Below, one piece after another: positions 51,738 to 64,000 of a DNA stretch of 64,000 bases (within the stretch, counting starts at the first letter, position 1; the number at the start of each line of letters is the position of its first letter). The notes beneath the pieces were generated by a model that saw nothing but the letters and a program-made list of their open reading frames with translations, had not been told where the DNA came from and did no database searches. Source of the DNA: Octopus vulgaris (taxonomy: Eukaryota); assembly GCA_951406725.2 (NCBI GenBank), contig OX597822.1:94488001-94552000 (forward strand), given 5' to 3'. The translations under genes were made by a program, and so were the position numbers.

Positions 51738-52303
51738 CTCTATATATACGACGGGCTTCTTTCCGTTTCTGTCTACCAAATCCACTCATAAAGCTTTGGT
51801 TGGCCCGAGGATATAGTAGAAGACACTTGCCCAAGGTGCCACGCAGTGGGACTGAACCCGGAACCATGTGGCTCGTAAGCAAGCTACTTACCACACAGCC
51901 ACTCTTGTGCCTGTGAGTTTACCTTTTATCTTTTACTTGTTTCAGTTATTAGACTGTGGCCATGCTGGGGCACCACTTTCAAGGATCTGGTTGAATAAAT
52001 TGACCCTGGTACTTTTTACTTCTTTTTCTAAGTCTGGTACTTATTCTAATGGTCCCTTTTTCTGCTGTACCAGTAAGTTATGGGCATATAAACAAACCAA
52101 CACCGACTGTCAAGTGTGGTGGTGGACAAACACAAATACAAACACACACACATATTTCAGTTTCCGTCAACCAAATCCACTCACAAGGCTTTGGTCAACC
52201 TGGGACTATAGTAAAAGCCTTTTGCCCAAGGTGCCTTGCAGTAGGGCTGAACACAGAATCATTTGGTTAGGAAACAAATTTCTTACCTCCATACCTGCGC
52301 CTA

Positions 52304-52355
<52 letters not shown>

Positions 52356-52820
52356 TGTTCTCTTGCATGACTCAGAATCGTGGATACCCTATAGATGACA
52401 CATTAACCCACCAGACATTTTCCACAAAGGCTGTCTCAGGACAACGGTTCCAGTTGGTCCGATCAATGGAACAGCCTGCTCGTGAAATTAACGTGCAAGT
52501 GGCTGAGCACTCCACAGACACGTGTACCCCTTAATGTAGTTCTCGGGGAGATTCAGTGTGATACAGAGAGTGACAAGGCTGGCCCTTTGAAATACAGGTA
52601 CAACAGAAAGAAACAGGAAGAAAGAGTGAGAGAAAGTTGTGGTGAAAGAGTACAGCAGGGATCACCACCATCCCCTGCCAGAGCCACGTGGAGCGTTTAG
52701 GTGTTTTTGCTCAATAAACACTCACAACGCCCAGGCTGGGAATCGAAACCATGATCCTAACACCACGAATTTGCTGCCCTAACCACTGGACCATTGCACC
52801 TCCACACACACACACACATA

Positions 52821-53139
52821 CTTAAGGGCTTTAAAAAATTAAAATATAGTTTATTGTATTGAATGTTGATAAAGTTATATAAGGGCCTGATGATTGGGGT
52901 TGCATTTTGAGAGGGGTTCCAGGGAAACACGGAGTGGTTTAGGAACCCGAGGATGTACCTCATGAAACACGTGTTGCCAAATAATAAAACAGTAGGTATT
53001 TAAAATAAAAATAAAAATTCTTTTTATATGGTGAGATGTAGGGGCCTACTATCTCTAAATTAAAATATATTTCTTCATTGAGAATAATTTGAACCTCTGT
53101 TATGCCGGAATTTTTATTCCCTAAAAAATATTTAAATAT

Positions 53140-53140
<1 letters not shown>
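52821..53140 (+). mobile_element. Hammerhead-containing non-coding element between (CA)n/(TA)n tracts
   Basis: HHR at 52884-52978, AATAAA just downstream, microsatellite flanks. Boundaries approximate. Confidence 0.55.
52884..52978 (+). ncRNA. Type-I hammerhead ribozyme with long stem II
   Basis: GGC-CUGAUGA-U-UGGGG-UUGCA...GGGUUCC...GGAACCC...UGUA-CCUCA-U-GAAACACGUGUU^GCC. Intact core and palindromic stem III ACACGUGU; stem I is only 3 bp. Confidence 0.72.
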
Positions 53141-53170
<30 letters not shown>

Positions 53171-53171
53171 A

Positions 53172-53381
53172 AGTTAATCCAAACATGAAAACACAAAGAG
53201 AAAATGCAACAACGCGAGGACGTGGAACAAATATAGTATTATTGGATGCTCAGGAAAGAAGGAAAGAAGGAGGGTTTAACGTTTCGGGCGGAGCTCTTCG
53301 TTGGAAGCATAGAAGAAGGAAAGATCCAGAGAAGGGAAGACAGAGGAAAAAAAATCGCCAACGGTACACACGCGGTCACAT
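53172..53381 (-). mobile_element. ~210-bp hammerhead-bearing repeat (copy 1)
   Basis: Reverse complement of 59880-60088, with identical termini atgtgaccgcg...ggattaact. Abuts (TA)n. Confidence 0.75.
53274..53308 (-). ncRNA. Decayed minimal hammerhead motif
   Basis: Minus strand: GCUU-CCAACGA-A-GAGC-UCC-GCCC-GAAACGUU^AAAC. Same element family as 59880-60088. Confidence 0.5.
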
Positions 53382-53854
53382 GACAGGATTCTTTCAGTTT
53401 TCCTCTACCAAGGCTTTGATTGGCCCGAGATTATAATAGAAGACACTTGCCCAAGATGCCATGCAGTGGGACTGAACCCAGAACCATGTGGTTGAGAAGG
53501 AAGTAAAAATTATGTGTTTGTGTGTTTACCATCTGATAGTTGTTAACGATCATCATCTTCATAAAAGTGGTAACCCTCATTTCTCAATCTTCCATGAAAA
53601 CATGTCTGGTCACAGAGAAATATTACCTTGTTTGGAAATCAGTGAGGGGACAGCAGAAGGAAAGGGCATCTGTCCTAAAAATACGCACCATTGAATTGAT
53701 CTAAAAGATAAATCTGGCACTCTTTCTGGTCATTTGTGTTGCTGGAACAAATTTTCGTTTATCTCAGATGTTTATTATGTAACATATGGTATAATTATAA
53801 ACAGGAAAAATTTTTAGCCACTTCTTCATGGACTGGAAAAAAAAATGATGAACA

Positions 53855-53897
53855 GTCTTAATCAATTTTCAAACCTTATTGAGTTCTCATCAGAAGC
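53855..53897 (-). ncRNA. Possible decayed hammerhead motif
   Basis: Minus strand: CUU-CUGAUGA-GAAC-UCAAUAAG-GUUU-GAAA-AUUGAUU-AAG. Stem I is weak. Confidence 0.3.
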
Positions 53898-54183
53898 ATC
53901 TGCACTATGCTGACAGTCTCCAGGAAAACAACCAGCCAAACTGTGTATATACTCAACAAATGCAGCAGTTACTCTATGAAGGGTTTTCTAATTTGCATAC
54001 CAAAAGTATTTAACACTCTATAAATGCATGTATTTAACTCTGCAAATCCAGGACAAATACTTTGCAGTAATTGGTCTATAGACAGTCTGTAGACATAAGT
54101 TTTGATACATAAATAGTTATTTTAACCAAATACTGCCTCAATTACATATACCAGGGTTATATATATACATGTATATGTGTATG

Positions 54184-54260
<77 letters not shown>

Positions 54261-55174
54261 GTGTGGAGGCACAATGGCCCAGTGGTTAGGGCAGCGGATT
54301 CGTGGTCATAGGATTGCAGTTTCAACTCCCAGACCGGGCCTTGTGAGTGTTTATTGAACGAAGAAAACACCTATAGCTCCACGATGCTCTGGCAGGGGCT
54401 GGTGGCGAACCCTGCCGTACTCTTTCACCACAACTTTTTCTCACTCTTTCTTCTGTTGGCCTGCTCGCTTAGCCAGCGGGATGGCGTCACTTGAAGGCCA
54501 AAACAAAGCGCATTGTGACCAGCGATGTGTAGCAACATCTGATAGCCTGGTAGGTCACGGTGATCACGGTGATATATATATATACGTAAATGTCAAACAA
54601 TGGATATGAGTGGTCAACACCTCATTGGTGGACATAATTTCTTTATTTGTGAATTAAGGCTAGGCAAGATTTCCTAAAATTAAAAACTATTAATAATATA
54701 AGTGCAGGCATGGATGTGTGGTAAGAAGTTCTCTTCCTAACCAACTGGTTCTGGGTTCAGTCCCACTATGTGAAACTTTGGGCAAGTGTCTTCTACTAGA
54801 GCCTCGTGCCAACCAAAGCTTTGTGAGTGGATTTGATGGCCTTGTCAATTATGTGTGTGTGTGTGTGTGTGTGTATGTGTGCTTAACAATAGGTGTTGGT
54901 GTGTTTACATCCCTGTAACTTAGCAGTTCAGCAAAGAGACCAATGGAATAAGTACAAGGCTTAAAGAAAAAGAAGCAAATGGGTTCTGGGACCAATTCAT
55001 TTGACTAAAAGTTCTTTAAAGTGGTGCTCCAGCATGGCCACAGTCTAATGACTGAAACAACTAAAGGTTAAACAATAAAAGACATCTTTGAAGAAATATT
55101 TCTGTAAATTAGAAATTATTATTAACGATATAAAAAAGTCTTTTAAACGAAACAGTTTATTGTGCTGACCTCTG

Positions 55175-55270
55175 AGTGTGTGTGTGCGTGTGTGTGTGTT
55201 TGTGTGTGTTTGTGTGTGTCTGTGGGTGTGTGTATGTGTTTGTCTGTGTGTGTGGGTGTGTCTGTCTGTC

Positions 55271-55303
<33 letters not shown>

Positions 55304-55365
55304 GTGTCTGTCTGTGGGTGTGTCTGTCTGTGTTTGTGTGTGTGTTTGTCTGTGTGTGTGTGTGT

Positions 55366-55402
<37 letters not shown>

Positions 55403-55420
55403 TGTGTGTCTGTGTGTGTC

Positions 55421-55453
<33 letters not shown>

Positions 55454-55721
55454 CTGTCTGTCTGTGTGTGTGTCTGTCTGTATGTGTGTGTTTGTGTGTG
55501 TTTGTGTGTGTTTGTCTGTGTGTGTGGGTGTGTCTGTCTGTCTGTGTGTGTGTGTGTGTGTGTGTCTGTCTGTGTGTGTGTGTGTTTGTGTGTGTGTCTG
55601 TGTGTGTGTGTGTGTGTGTCTGTGTGTGTGTGTTGTGTGTGTGTGTGTGTGTGTGTGTCTGTCTGTCTGTGTGTCTGTCTGTATGTGTGTGTTTGTGTGT
55701 GTGTGGGTGTGTCTGTCTGTC

Positions 55722-55760
<39 letters not shown>

Positions 55761-55931
55761 CTGTCTGTGTGTGTGTGTGTGTTTGTGTGTGTCTGTGTGT
55801 GTGTGTGTCTGTGTGTGTGTGTTTGTCTGTGTGTGTGTGTGCGTCTGTGTGTGTGTGTGTCTGTGTGTGTGTGTGTCTGTGTGTGTGTGTGTGTCTGTGT
55901 GTGTGTGTCTGTCTGTGTGTGTGTGTGTGTG
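55175..55931. repeat. Long compound (GT)n/(GTCT)n microsatellite
   Basis: Direct inspection. Other large tracts: (TA)n 9115-9237, (ATGT)n 41810-42205, (CT)/(GTCT) 49012-49480, (CA)-rich 16085-16385. Confidence 0.95.
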
Positions 55932-56069
55932 TTGGTGTAAGTGGTTTGGCACAGTTATTAGAACATCAGACAACATGCATTGCAGTGTTTATTCTGGTTC
56001 TCTGAACTCAAAACCTGCTGAGGTTAACTTTCCTTTATACACACACACACATGTGCGCATACACATACA

Positions 56070-56109
<40 letters not shown>

Positions 56110-56965
56110 TTAGCAAACATCCACTCCTCTGACCTCTCCTGTTTCTAGAACCAACGACACCAAAATCCCACTCCCATTTTATAAACACTTCCACATCACT
56201 TACTGACACTAACCATTCCTCAATGACCTTTTTCATACACTGCCTTCCTGCGCCTCCCCCCTGCCCCCCCCCCCCACCATTTTTGACACTTTACGCCCTC
56301 ACCTTCTCCACCATCATACCCTGTCATTTGTGTATCCAACCATTCTGTACCTATGTATCCATCCTTCTACATCATCATCATCATCATCATCATTTAATAT
56401 CTATTTGCCATGCTGGCATGGGTTGGATGGTTTGACTGGAAGCTGGTAAGCTGGGGAGCTACATGAGGTTCCAATCTGATTTGGCATGGTTTCTATGGGT
56501 GGATGCCCTTCCTGATGCCAACCACTCCGAGATGGTAGTGGGTGCTTTTCTCATGCCACCAGCCGGGTTGCCAGTTACGTAACATTAGCATTAGCCATGA
56601 CTGTGATCTCACTTGGCTTGACAGGTCTTCTCACGCATGGTACATCACCAAGGTATCGGTCACTTGTCACTGCCTCAATGAGGCCCAATGTTCAAACGGT
56701 GTTTTTTGTGTACCACCAGCACAGGTGCCAGCTACACAACACATCGGTCATGACTATGATTTCATTTGGCTTCATGGGGTCTTTTCAAGCACAGCATATT
56801 GCCAAAGGTCCCAAAGGTCTCAGTCACTTGTCATTGCCTCTGTGAGGCCCAACGTTTAAAGATCATGCTTCACCACCTCATCCTATGTCTTCCTGGGTTT
56901 ACCTCTTCCACAGGTTCCCTCCACCATTAGTAGTGATGGAAAACATTAAACATTAGTTAAGGAAT

Positions 56966-57008
56966 TGCTAAATTTAGATTTTTGCTTCTTGGAGTATCAT
57001 CAGTAACA
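56966..57008 (-). ncRNA. Decayed hammerhead motif
   Basis: Minus strand: UGUUA-CUGAUGA-UACU-CCAAGA-AGCA-AAAA-UCUAAAUU^UAGCA. Three G>A reversions give UGCU/AGCA stem II, GAAA and the palindrome AUCUAGAU. Confidence 0.4.
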
Positions 57009-57706
57009 AGTATCCATCCACAATAAACTGCATGCTTAGATAAATTCAGCTATTACTGATACAGAAAAACATTATCATATCATCATCATCATCATCGTTT
57101 AGCATCCGCTTTCCATGCTAGCATGGGTTGGACGGTTCAACTGGGGTCTGGGAAGTCAAGAGGCTGCATCAGGCCCAGTCTGATCTGGCAGTGTTTCTAA
57201 AGCCAGATGCCCTTCCTAACGCCAACCACTCTGTGAGTGTAGTGGGTACTCTTTACGTGCCACTGGCACAGGTGCCAGATGAGGCTGGCAACGGCCACAA
57301 TCGGTTGGTGCTTTTTACGTGCCACCGGCACGGAGGCCAGTCGGGGCGGCACTGGTAACGGCCACGTTCGGATGGTTCTCTTACGTGCCACCATCACTTG
57401 TATCACAACTACAATTTCCATTGATTTTGATCGATTTCGATTTCGATTTCACTTGCTTCAACAGGTCTTCGCAATTAGAGTTTTGTGTCCCAAGAAGGAA
57501 AGGTATACATAAGCGGACTGGCTACATCCCAGGTAGAGGCAACGGGTTATGGGTTGAGAAATCACTGGTATTGCACATAGCTGGTAGGCTGGGTAAAAAT
57601 TTGTTTTTAGTGACAGAAGTAGTACTATCTCCAAATAGCATTCTGCGTGTCTGGCTTAGTGTGTATATTTGTCAAATTATACTCAGAGAAGCAGAAATCT
57701 ACATTA

Positions 57707-57939
57707 TATGGAACAAACTGCCGGCATCAGTTGTTAGTTGTCGGAGCACTGCATCCTTCAAAACTTCCATGCTTCCTGAGATTCGCCAACACTACACCTG
57801 ATTTTCTCCCCTCCATACACATGCAAGCATGTATCTAATTCATACACTGTTCACTCTCCAGACATTTGTACATTACTGCATATGCTTTATACACACTTTT
57901 GACAAGTTGTGGTGCACCTGAGCACTGTATACAATAATT

Positions 57940-58000
<61 letters not shown>
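57707..58000 (+). mobile_element. CR1-like LINE 3' end
   Basis: WNKLPASVVSCRSTASFKTSM, UTR and (ATT)n tail, matching 22011-22270. Confidence 0.8.
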
Positions 58001-58002
<2 letters not shown>

Positions 58003-58523
58003 TGCTTGTGAAGACCAGTTGAGGCAAGTGAAATCGAAGTCGACATCAAACTCGGTGACCAGCATCTGTTGCTAGTGGAGTGCTAAGAGTACCATACGAA
58101 TGAGATTGTTGCCTGAGCAACAAACTGGCCTTCGTGCCGGTGGCACGTTTAAGCACACCATTCGAGTGTGATCATTACTGCGTGTCGCCTTACTAGCACT
58201 TGTGCTGGTGGCACGTGAAACATTCGAGCGAGGACGTCGCCAGTGCCGCTGGACAGGCTCCTGTGCAGGTAGCACGTAAAAAGCACCATTTGGGCGTGGC
58301 CGTTGCCAGTACCACCAAACTGGCCCTTGTGCCGGTGGCACGTAAAAGCACCCACTACACTCTCGGAGTGGTTGGCATTAGTAAGGGCATCCAGCTGTAG
58401 AAACTCTGCCAGATCAGATTGGAGTCTGGTTCACCAGCCCTCAGTCAAAATCGTCCAACCCATGCTAGCATGGAAAGCGGACGTTAAACGATGATGAGGA
58501 TGATGATGATGATTATTATTATA

Positions 58524-58559
<36 letters not shown>

Positions 58560-59003
58560 TAGCCATCCCACTGCCTTTGCTAGACACTTTTCGTCTGCTG
58601 CTGATATTATTCTGCACTTTTTAGGACTGCACATCTATATGAAACACATTCTCGAGACAAACACTGCAGTTTCATAGCTTTCTACAGTATATCCACAATG
58701 TGTGTTATATACAGAATGCTATTTTGATCTAATACTGCTTCTGTTGCTAGCAACGAAATATTTATATATTTTTATCATTTTTCTTTTACTTGTTTCAATC
58801 ATTTGACTGCTCCCAAGCTGGGGCACTGCCTTGGAGAATTTTAGCCAAACAAATTGACCCCAGAACTTATTCTATCTGTCCTTTTAGCCAAACCTCTAAG
58901 TTATGGAGATGTAAACACACTATCACTGGTTGTTAGCAGTTGTAGGGTACAAATACAGACAAAAGGGCACATACATACTGATATATATGTATATATATAT
59001 AAA

Positions 59004-59077
<74 letters not shown>

Positions 59078-59123
59078 CCTACCTACCTACCTACCTACAT
59101 ATATATATCTATATATCTATATC

Positions 59124-59874
59124 TATATAGAAAAGAAAAATAAGTTGGCTAGCAGCGAGCTGTTTCGCCTCATACCGAAGGAATTAGAAATGGCAGTCAA
59201 AGACCGTTTTTTCCATTTCTATAAGTGGAGATTCCAAAAACGAAGGCCCTTGCGGCTCACATACACAAAACCGGAGTGGCAAATATACGGATTCAGTCAC
59301 TTACCGTTAATAGCGAACACGGTGTTTCTGGATCACAAACATATAAAAAAAGGGGAGTTTGAATTCCTTCTTCAGCGCTATATTCGTTAGCTTTATCAAA
59401 TGCCACCAGCCCTCACTTCTGACCCAGCAACATCAGATAGTGGGGGGAAGTGCGCAGATGCTAAAACCAAGTAACGACTGGGAACGTAAATTTTCCCTCC
59501 AAAATTCTGCCATGCGCGCCTTCTGGGTAATCGTAATGGAATGAGGAATCCACATGGTAATACAATAAAAATGGTAAATAATTTTCCTGTGGTTTTTCAT
59601 GTAACCAACAATTATTTACCGGTAAATTTCGGTATGTAAATACGACAAAATAATTGTCAAGACCTTTGTAAGGTTCAGTATATAGTAAAGAAAAATAAGT
59701 TGGCTAGCAGCGAGCTGTTTCGCCTCATACCGAAGGAATTAGAAATGGCAGTCAAAGACCGTTTTTTCCATTTCTATAAGTGGAGATTCCAAAAACGAAG
59801 GCCCTTGCGGCTCACATACACAAAACCGGAGTGGCAAATATACGGATTCAGTCACTTACCGTTAATAGCGAACA
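59124..59874 (-). mobile_element. Retrozyme-like element, 555-bp unit plus 196-bp partial second unit
   Basis: 59124-59319 repeated at 59679-59874 (1 mismatch seen). HHR at 59310-59381. No credible ORF. Microsatellite flank. Confidence 0.8.
59310..59381 (-). ncRNA. Type-I hammerhead ribozyme with extended stem II
   Basis: Minus strand: AUAGCG-CUGAAGA-A-GGA..CAAAC...GUUUG..UCC-A-GAAACA-CCG-UGUU^CGCUAU. 6-bp stem I. Confidence 0.75.
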
Positions 59875-59879
59875 TATAG

Positions 59880-60083
59880 ATGTGACCGCGTGTGTACTGT
59901 TGGCGATTTTTTTCCTCTGTCTTCCCTTCTCTGGATCTTTCCTTTTCCTATGTTTCCGACGAAGAGCTCTGCTCGAAACATTAAACCCTCCTTCTTCCCT
60001 TCCTTCCTGAGCATCCAATAATACTATATTTGTTCCATGTCCTCGCATTGTTGTGTTTTCTCTTTGTGTTTTCATGTTTGGAT

Positions 60084-60088
<5 letters not shown>
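59880..60088 (+). mobile_element. ~210-bp hammerhead-bearing repeat (copy 2)
   Basis: High identity to 53172-53381 in opposite orientation. Followed by (TA)n. Confidence 0.75.
59952..59986 (+). ncRNA. Minimal hammerhead motif (CCGACGA variant)
   Basis: GUUU-CCGACGA-A-GAGC-UCU-GCUC-GAAAC-AUU^AAAC. The sister copy at 53274-53308 keeps the GAAACGUU palindrome. Confidence 0.6.
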
Positions 60089-60128
<40 letters not shown>

Positions 60129-60130
<2 letters not shown>

Positions 60131-60519
60131 TTATCAGTAACAATAAAGGGTGAAATTAATTAATTTGGAATAATTATTAATTACACCAAGTAGATTTCGG
60201 CATGTAAAAGCCTCATTCGAGGAAAATTTAAGTAATACTAAGCAATTAAGGGTTTAGCAACGAATTGCCTCACCACACACCGAATTTAGAAATAGCAGTC
60301 AAAGAGTTATAGCTATTCTTTCTAGTAAAAGGGAGATCTCAGTAAAAACACAGCACTTGAAAGGCAAACACAGACAGGTAAGAGAGAATGAAATGACAGC
60401 AATCTATCATACAATTTTAAGTCACCTACGGACGTACGTTTCGAAATCAAGTTTTAGGAAAGCATAAGAATTAGATAATTCTACCTTACCCAACTTCTTT
60501 TCTCATCAGCGTAGGATAC

Positions 60520-60523
<4 letters not shown>
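60129..60523 (-). mobile_element. Retrozyme-like element with canonical HHR
   Basis: HHR at 60425-60515. Shares collinear sequence blocks with 59124-59874. (TA)n on both sides. Confidence 0.75.
60425..60515 (-). ncRNA. Type-I hammerhead ribozyme, canonical core
   Basis: Minus strand: CCUACG-CUGAUGA-GAAA...UUUC-GAAAC-GUAC-GUC^CGUAGG. 6-bp stem I, stem II closed by GAAA/UUUC, palindromic stem III ACGUACGU, GUC cleavage triplet. Confidence 0.88.
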
Positions 60524-60584
<61 letters not shown>

Positions 60585-60618
60585 TGTATGTATGTATGTA
60601 TATATATATGTGTGTGTA

Positions 60619-60671
<53 letters not shown>

Positions 60672-60735
60672 GTATATATATATACGTATGCATTTGTATG
60701 TATGTATATATATATATAATATATGTATGTATATG

Positions 60736-60767
<32 letters not shown>

Positions 60768-61110
60768 GATGGATATTCAATCACAAGGTGACATGCAGTG
60801 GGATCGAACACAGAACCATGTGCTTAGGGAACAAACTTCTTACCACACAGCTATGCCTGTGCCTATATGTTTAAGATATTTTACGATGTGTGTGCATGTG
60901 TGTATGAACATGTGTATGTGCATGTGTGTGTGCGCGTGTGTGCGTGTGTGCATGTGTGCATGTGTGTATGTGTGTGTGTGTGTGTGTATGTAATTTATGA
61001 TGCGAAAGCAATTTTTCTACACTAACTTCTTTTTACAAAGATGATTGTACAACATCCTTTTAATTGTCTTTCGTTTCTTAATTAATCCTAATTTTTTTAT
61101 TTTTTTCCAG

Positions 61111-61272
61111 CTGGCAATCAAGGGAAATTTCGGCAGAGTTCAGTGGATAGCAAAAGGATCTGATTCTCTGGTCCTGCGATACTCCCAGAACTACGGATTG
61201 AGTAATATTATCAAACGTGAAGGCTGGTACTTGTTTAATATGAGCAAGTCAAAGATTACAGCTATGAAATAA
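61111..61272 (+). CDS. Terminal coding exon of the same SSAT-like GNAT gene
   Basis: Long pyrimidine tract plus ccag| acceptor; phase 0 matches the upstream exon. LAIKGNFGRVQWIAKGSDSLVLRYSQNYGLSNIIKREGWYLFNMSKSKITAMK* resembles the SSAT C-terminus (A....C.R.QW...W...EGW..F.M). Confidence 0.8.
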   Translation: MAIKGNFGRVQWIAKGSDSLVLRYSQNYGLSNIIKREGWYLFNMSKSKITAMK

Positions 61273-61656
61273 TAGACGTGCTTCCTATGTGCTTTCAACA
61301 AGATCCTAATCAGTATTTCAATCACCAAATTACCAAAACTTACCGATTACCAATTTTTACCTCTATAATTTAAGAAGATCATGTAGAAATATACACACAC
61401 ATGGAAACACTTACAAACCTGCACGTAAAAGCAGACACAAAATAATTTACACAAATACACATACACACAAACATACACAGAAACACACACACACATACAC
61501 AAAAATGTATACCAATATATACCCACAAATATATATACATACACACTCAAACATATATGTACATGCTTTTGCAGAAATTCACGCACAAGAGTACACAGAT
61601 ACATAATTTCACAGACACACACACACAGATACACACACACACACTCACACACACAG

Positions 61657-61718
<62 letters not shown>

Positions 61719-62058
61719 GCATATCAATACATATGTACACTGATGTGGACACATTTAGACATTCAGACATAGATGTATGTGTATGTATACTCATGCACGT
61801 ATGTATTTGCATGTGTATATATGTATGCATGTATGTATGTGTATGCACTATTAAAAATGTGAGGATATAGGATATTAATCTGTATGCATATATGCACTTG
61901 TGTGTATGTGTATGATTGTGTAACTACATATATGTGTGCATGTATGTTTATGTACATCCTATCAAATATATAACTATATAGCACATTTAATAGTCTACTG
62001 CCCAATAGAAGTCACACCACTCAAATTGGTATTTTCCACTTTTACACATACACACACA

Positions 62059-62100
<42 letters not shown>

Positions 62101-62365
62101 TACATATACATATATATATATGTACACACATGTAAGCACGTATGCACACTTATATAGCATATGTACATGCACATCTCCAGACATGCATATGTACGTATGA
62201 GTGTGTATACAGATAGGTAGATAGAGAGGCAGACAGATAGATAATCTTTTGCTTAAAATATCTTATGGTCAAAAACTTTTGGGTATTGCATAATTCTCCT
62301 TCTCTCACTCTCTCTCTCTCTCTTTTCTTATAATTAATTTTGTTCATATGTGTGTACATATTAAC

Positions 62366-62407
<42 letters not shown>

Positions 62408-62648
62408 TATAGATAGATAGATAAATTCAGATATATATATATATATAAACATTCACAAATATATCTATACCGATCAACATATATACACACACATGTGTGT
62501 ATATGTGATTCCCTATTTGCATATGCATAATTGTACTTTAAAATTTATACAACTAGTATGCTTACATTTCACATACATTCGCATATATACTAAAAGTACA
62601 CTCCTACACACTCACGCATCCACTTACATATATGTGTGCACACACACA

Positions 62649-62687
<39 letters not shown>

Positions 62688-63202
62688 GCACACATGCATA
62701 CACTTTCCACGAAATATGGAGGGCACAACAATTCTATATTTATCTTATCTTTATTCATCTAACTTAAAACATCTCAAAATTCTTCCACTTTTTTTTTTTT
62801 TTACCCTCTCAAAAAACTATTTTATATCTTCTCTTCGTTTCTTGAATACTAATCAGGCACCAATATAACATTAAATGGAAAAAAAAAAAAAAAAAGAGAA
62901 TTTTCTGAACAAGATCAATGAAATCAATAATAAAGAGAAAGACGGAAACTGCTCTGTAAAAATATTATTGAAGTAGTATATCCTTGTAATTTCTGGCTCA
63001 CCTCACAATGTATCCAAATTATATCATGTAACGATGAGCACTCTCAAGAGGATTAAAAATTATAATCGTTGGCTTCAGTTATTTTTAAGTCATTAGGTGA
63101 AAAGTATGCAACACACACACATACACACACACATACACTCACACACACACACACACACACATACACACACACATACATATGCTTACATGTGTATATATAT
63201 AT

Positions 63203-63248
<46 letters not shown>

Positions 63249-64000
63249 GAGTGTATGTGTATATGCACATGCATGTATATATATATATAGATGTACATGT
63301 ATAAACATGCACACACATTCATATATATATGCATTTATTCATATTTATATATACATGCAAATGTATTCATCCCTATTTCATATAAATATGTATGTCTGTG
63401 TGTGTGTGTGTATGTGTGATCATCATCATCATCATCATCGTCGTCATCATCATCATCATCATCATCACCTTTTCATGTCTGTCTTCCATGCTATCGTCTG
63501 TTGGAGTGTTCAGCAAGATCTTCCAAGCCAGGGGACTATGTCAAGCCCCAATATCTGCTTCGACATAGTTTCTAAAGCAATTTCTCAAGCCATTCACTTT
63601 ACAGAGAGTACAGGCTTTTTTTTTTTATGACACCAGCACTAGTGAGGTTACCAAATCCCTCATAAGACAAAACTACTTGATTGAATAAAGATGTAGTTCC
63701 GAGGGATGTGGCTCAACATAAATACATGCAAAAAATAAATTCATATATATATATATAAACATATATATTATATTTATATATAATTACATATACATACATA
63801 CACATGTATATGCATACATATATGTATATATATATATATGTATATGTATGTGTGCATATTTATGTACATGTGTGTGTGTGTGTGTGTGAGTATATGTGTA
63901 TACCACATAGAGCAAATTATGATGATGATGTATTATTCCATAACATAAACTCTTCCTGTTGCTCAAAACAAGCAGATATAGTAGCAGACTGCTTAATGTG

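Noticed and set aside
58854-59390. 178-aa ORF overlapping the 555-bp element
   Set aside because: Made of SINE, microsatellite and the antisense of the HHR element; no recognisable domain.

Overview
AT-rich, microsatellite- and transposon-dense animal DNA. The SINE and LINE repertoire suggests an octopus genome (inference). Host coding content is limited to two + strand exons (22837-22985 and terminal exon 61111-61272) of a divergent spermidine/spermine (diamine) N-acetyltransferase-like GNAT gene, apparently joined across a ~38-kb intron. Most ORFs in the track are microsatellite or SINE artefacts. Repeats include four tRNA-headed SINE families, 3' ends of RTE, CR1-group and probable Dong/R4 LINEs, and decayed Helitron, Tigger, mariner and Penelope coding remnants. 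There are also piggyBac- and hAT-type MITEs and a solo LTR. The most notable signal is about 13 minimal type-I hammerhead-ribozyme (HHR) motifs: intact, decayed or half. Most lie in several distinct non-coding elements that sit in (TA)n tracts. These show 352- and 555-bp partial-tandem units, fold-back ends, and hairpins whose pairing is conserved between families. One is a tRNA-headed SINE. A decayed Penelope-like RT element with its own eroded HHR lies in the same window. Together this looks like a diversified retrozyme / non-autonomous Penelope system. All folds were read by eye, and none is experimentally or computationally validated.
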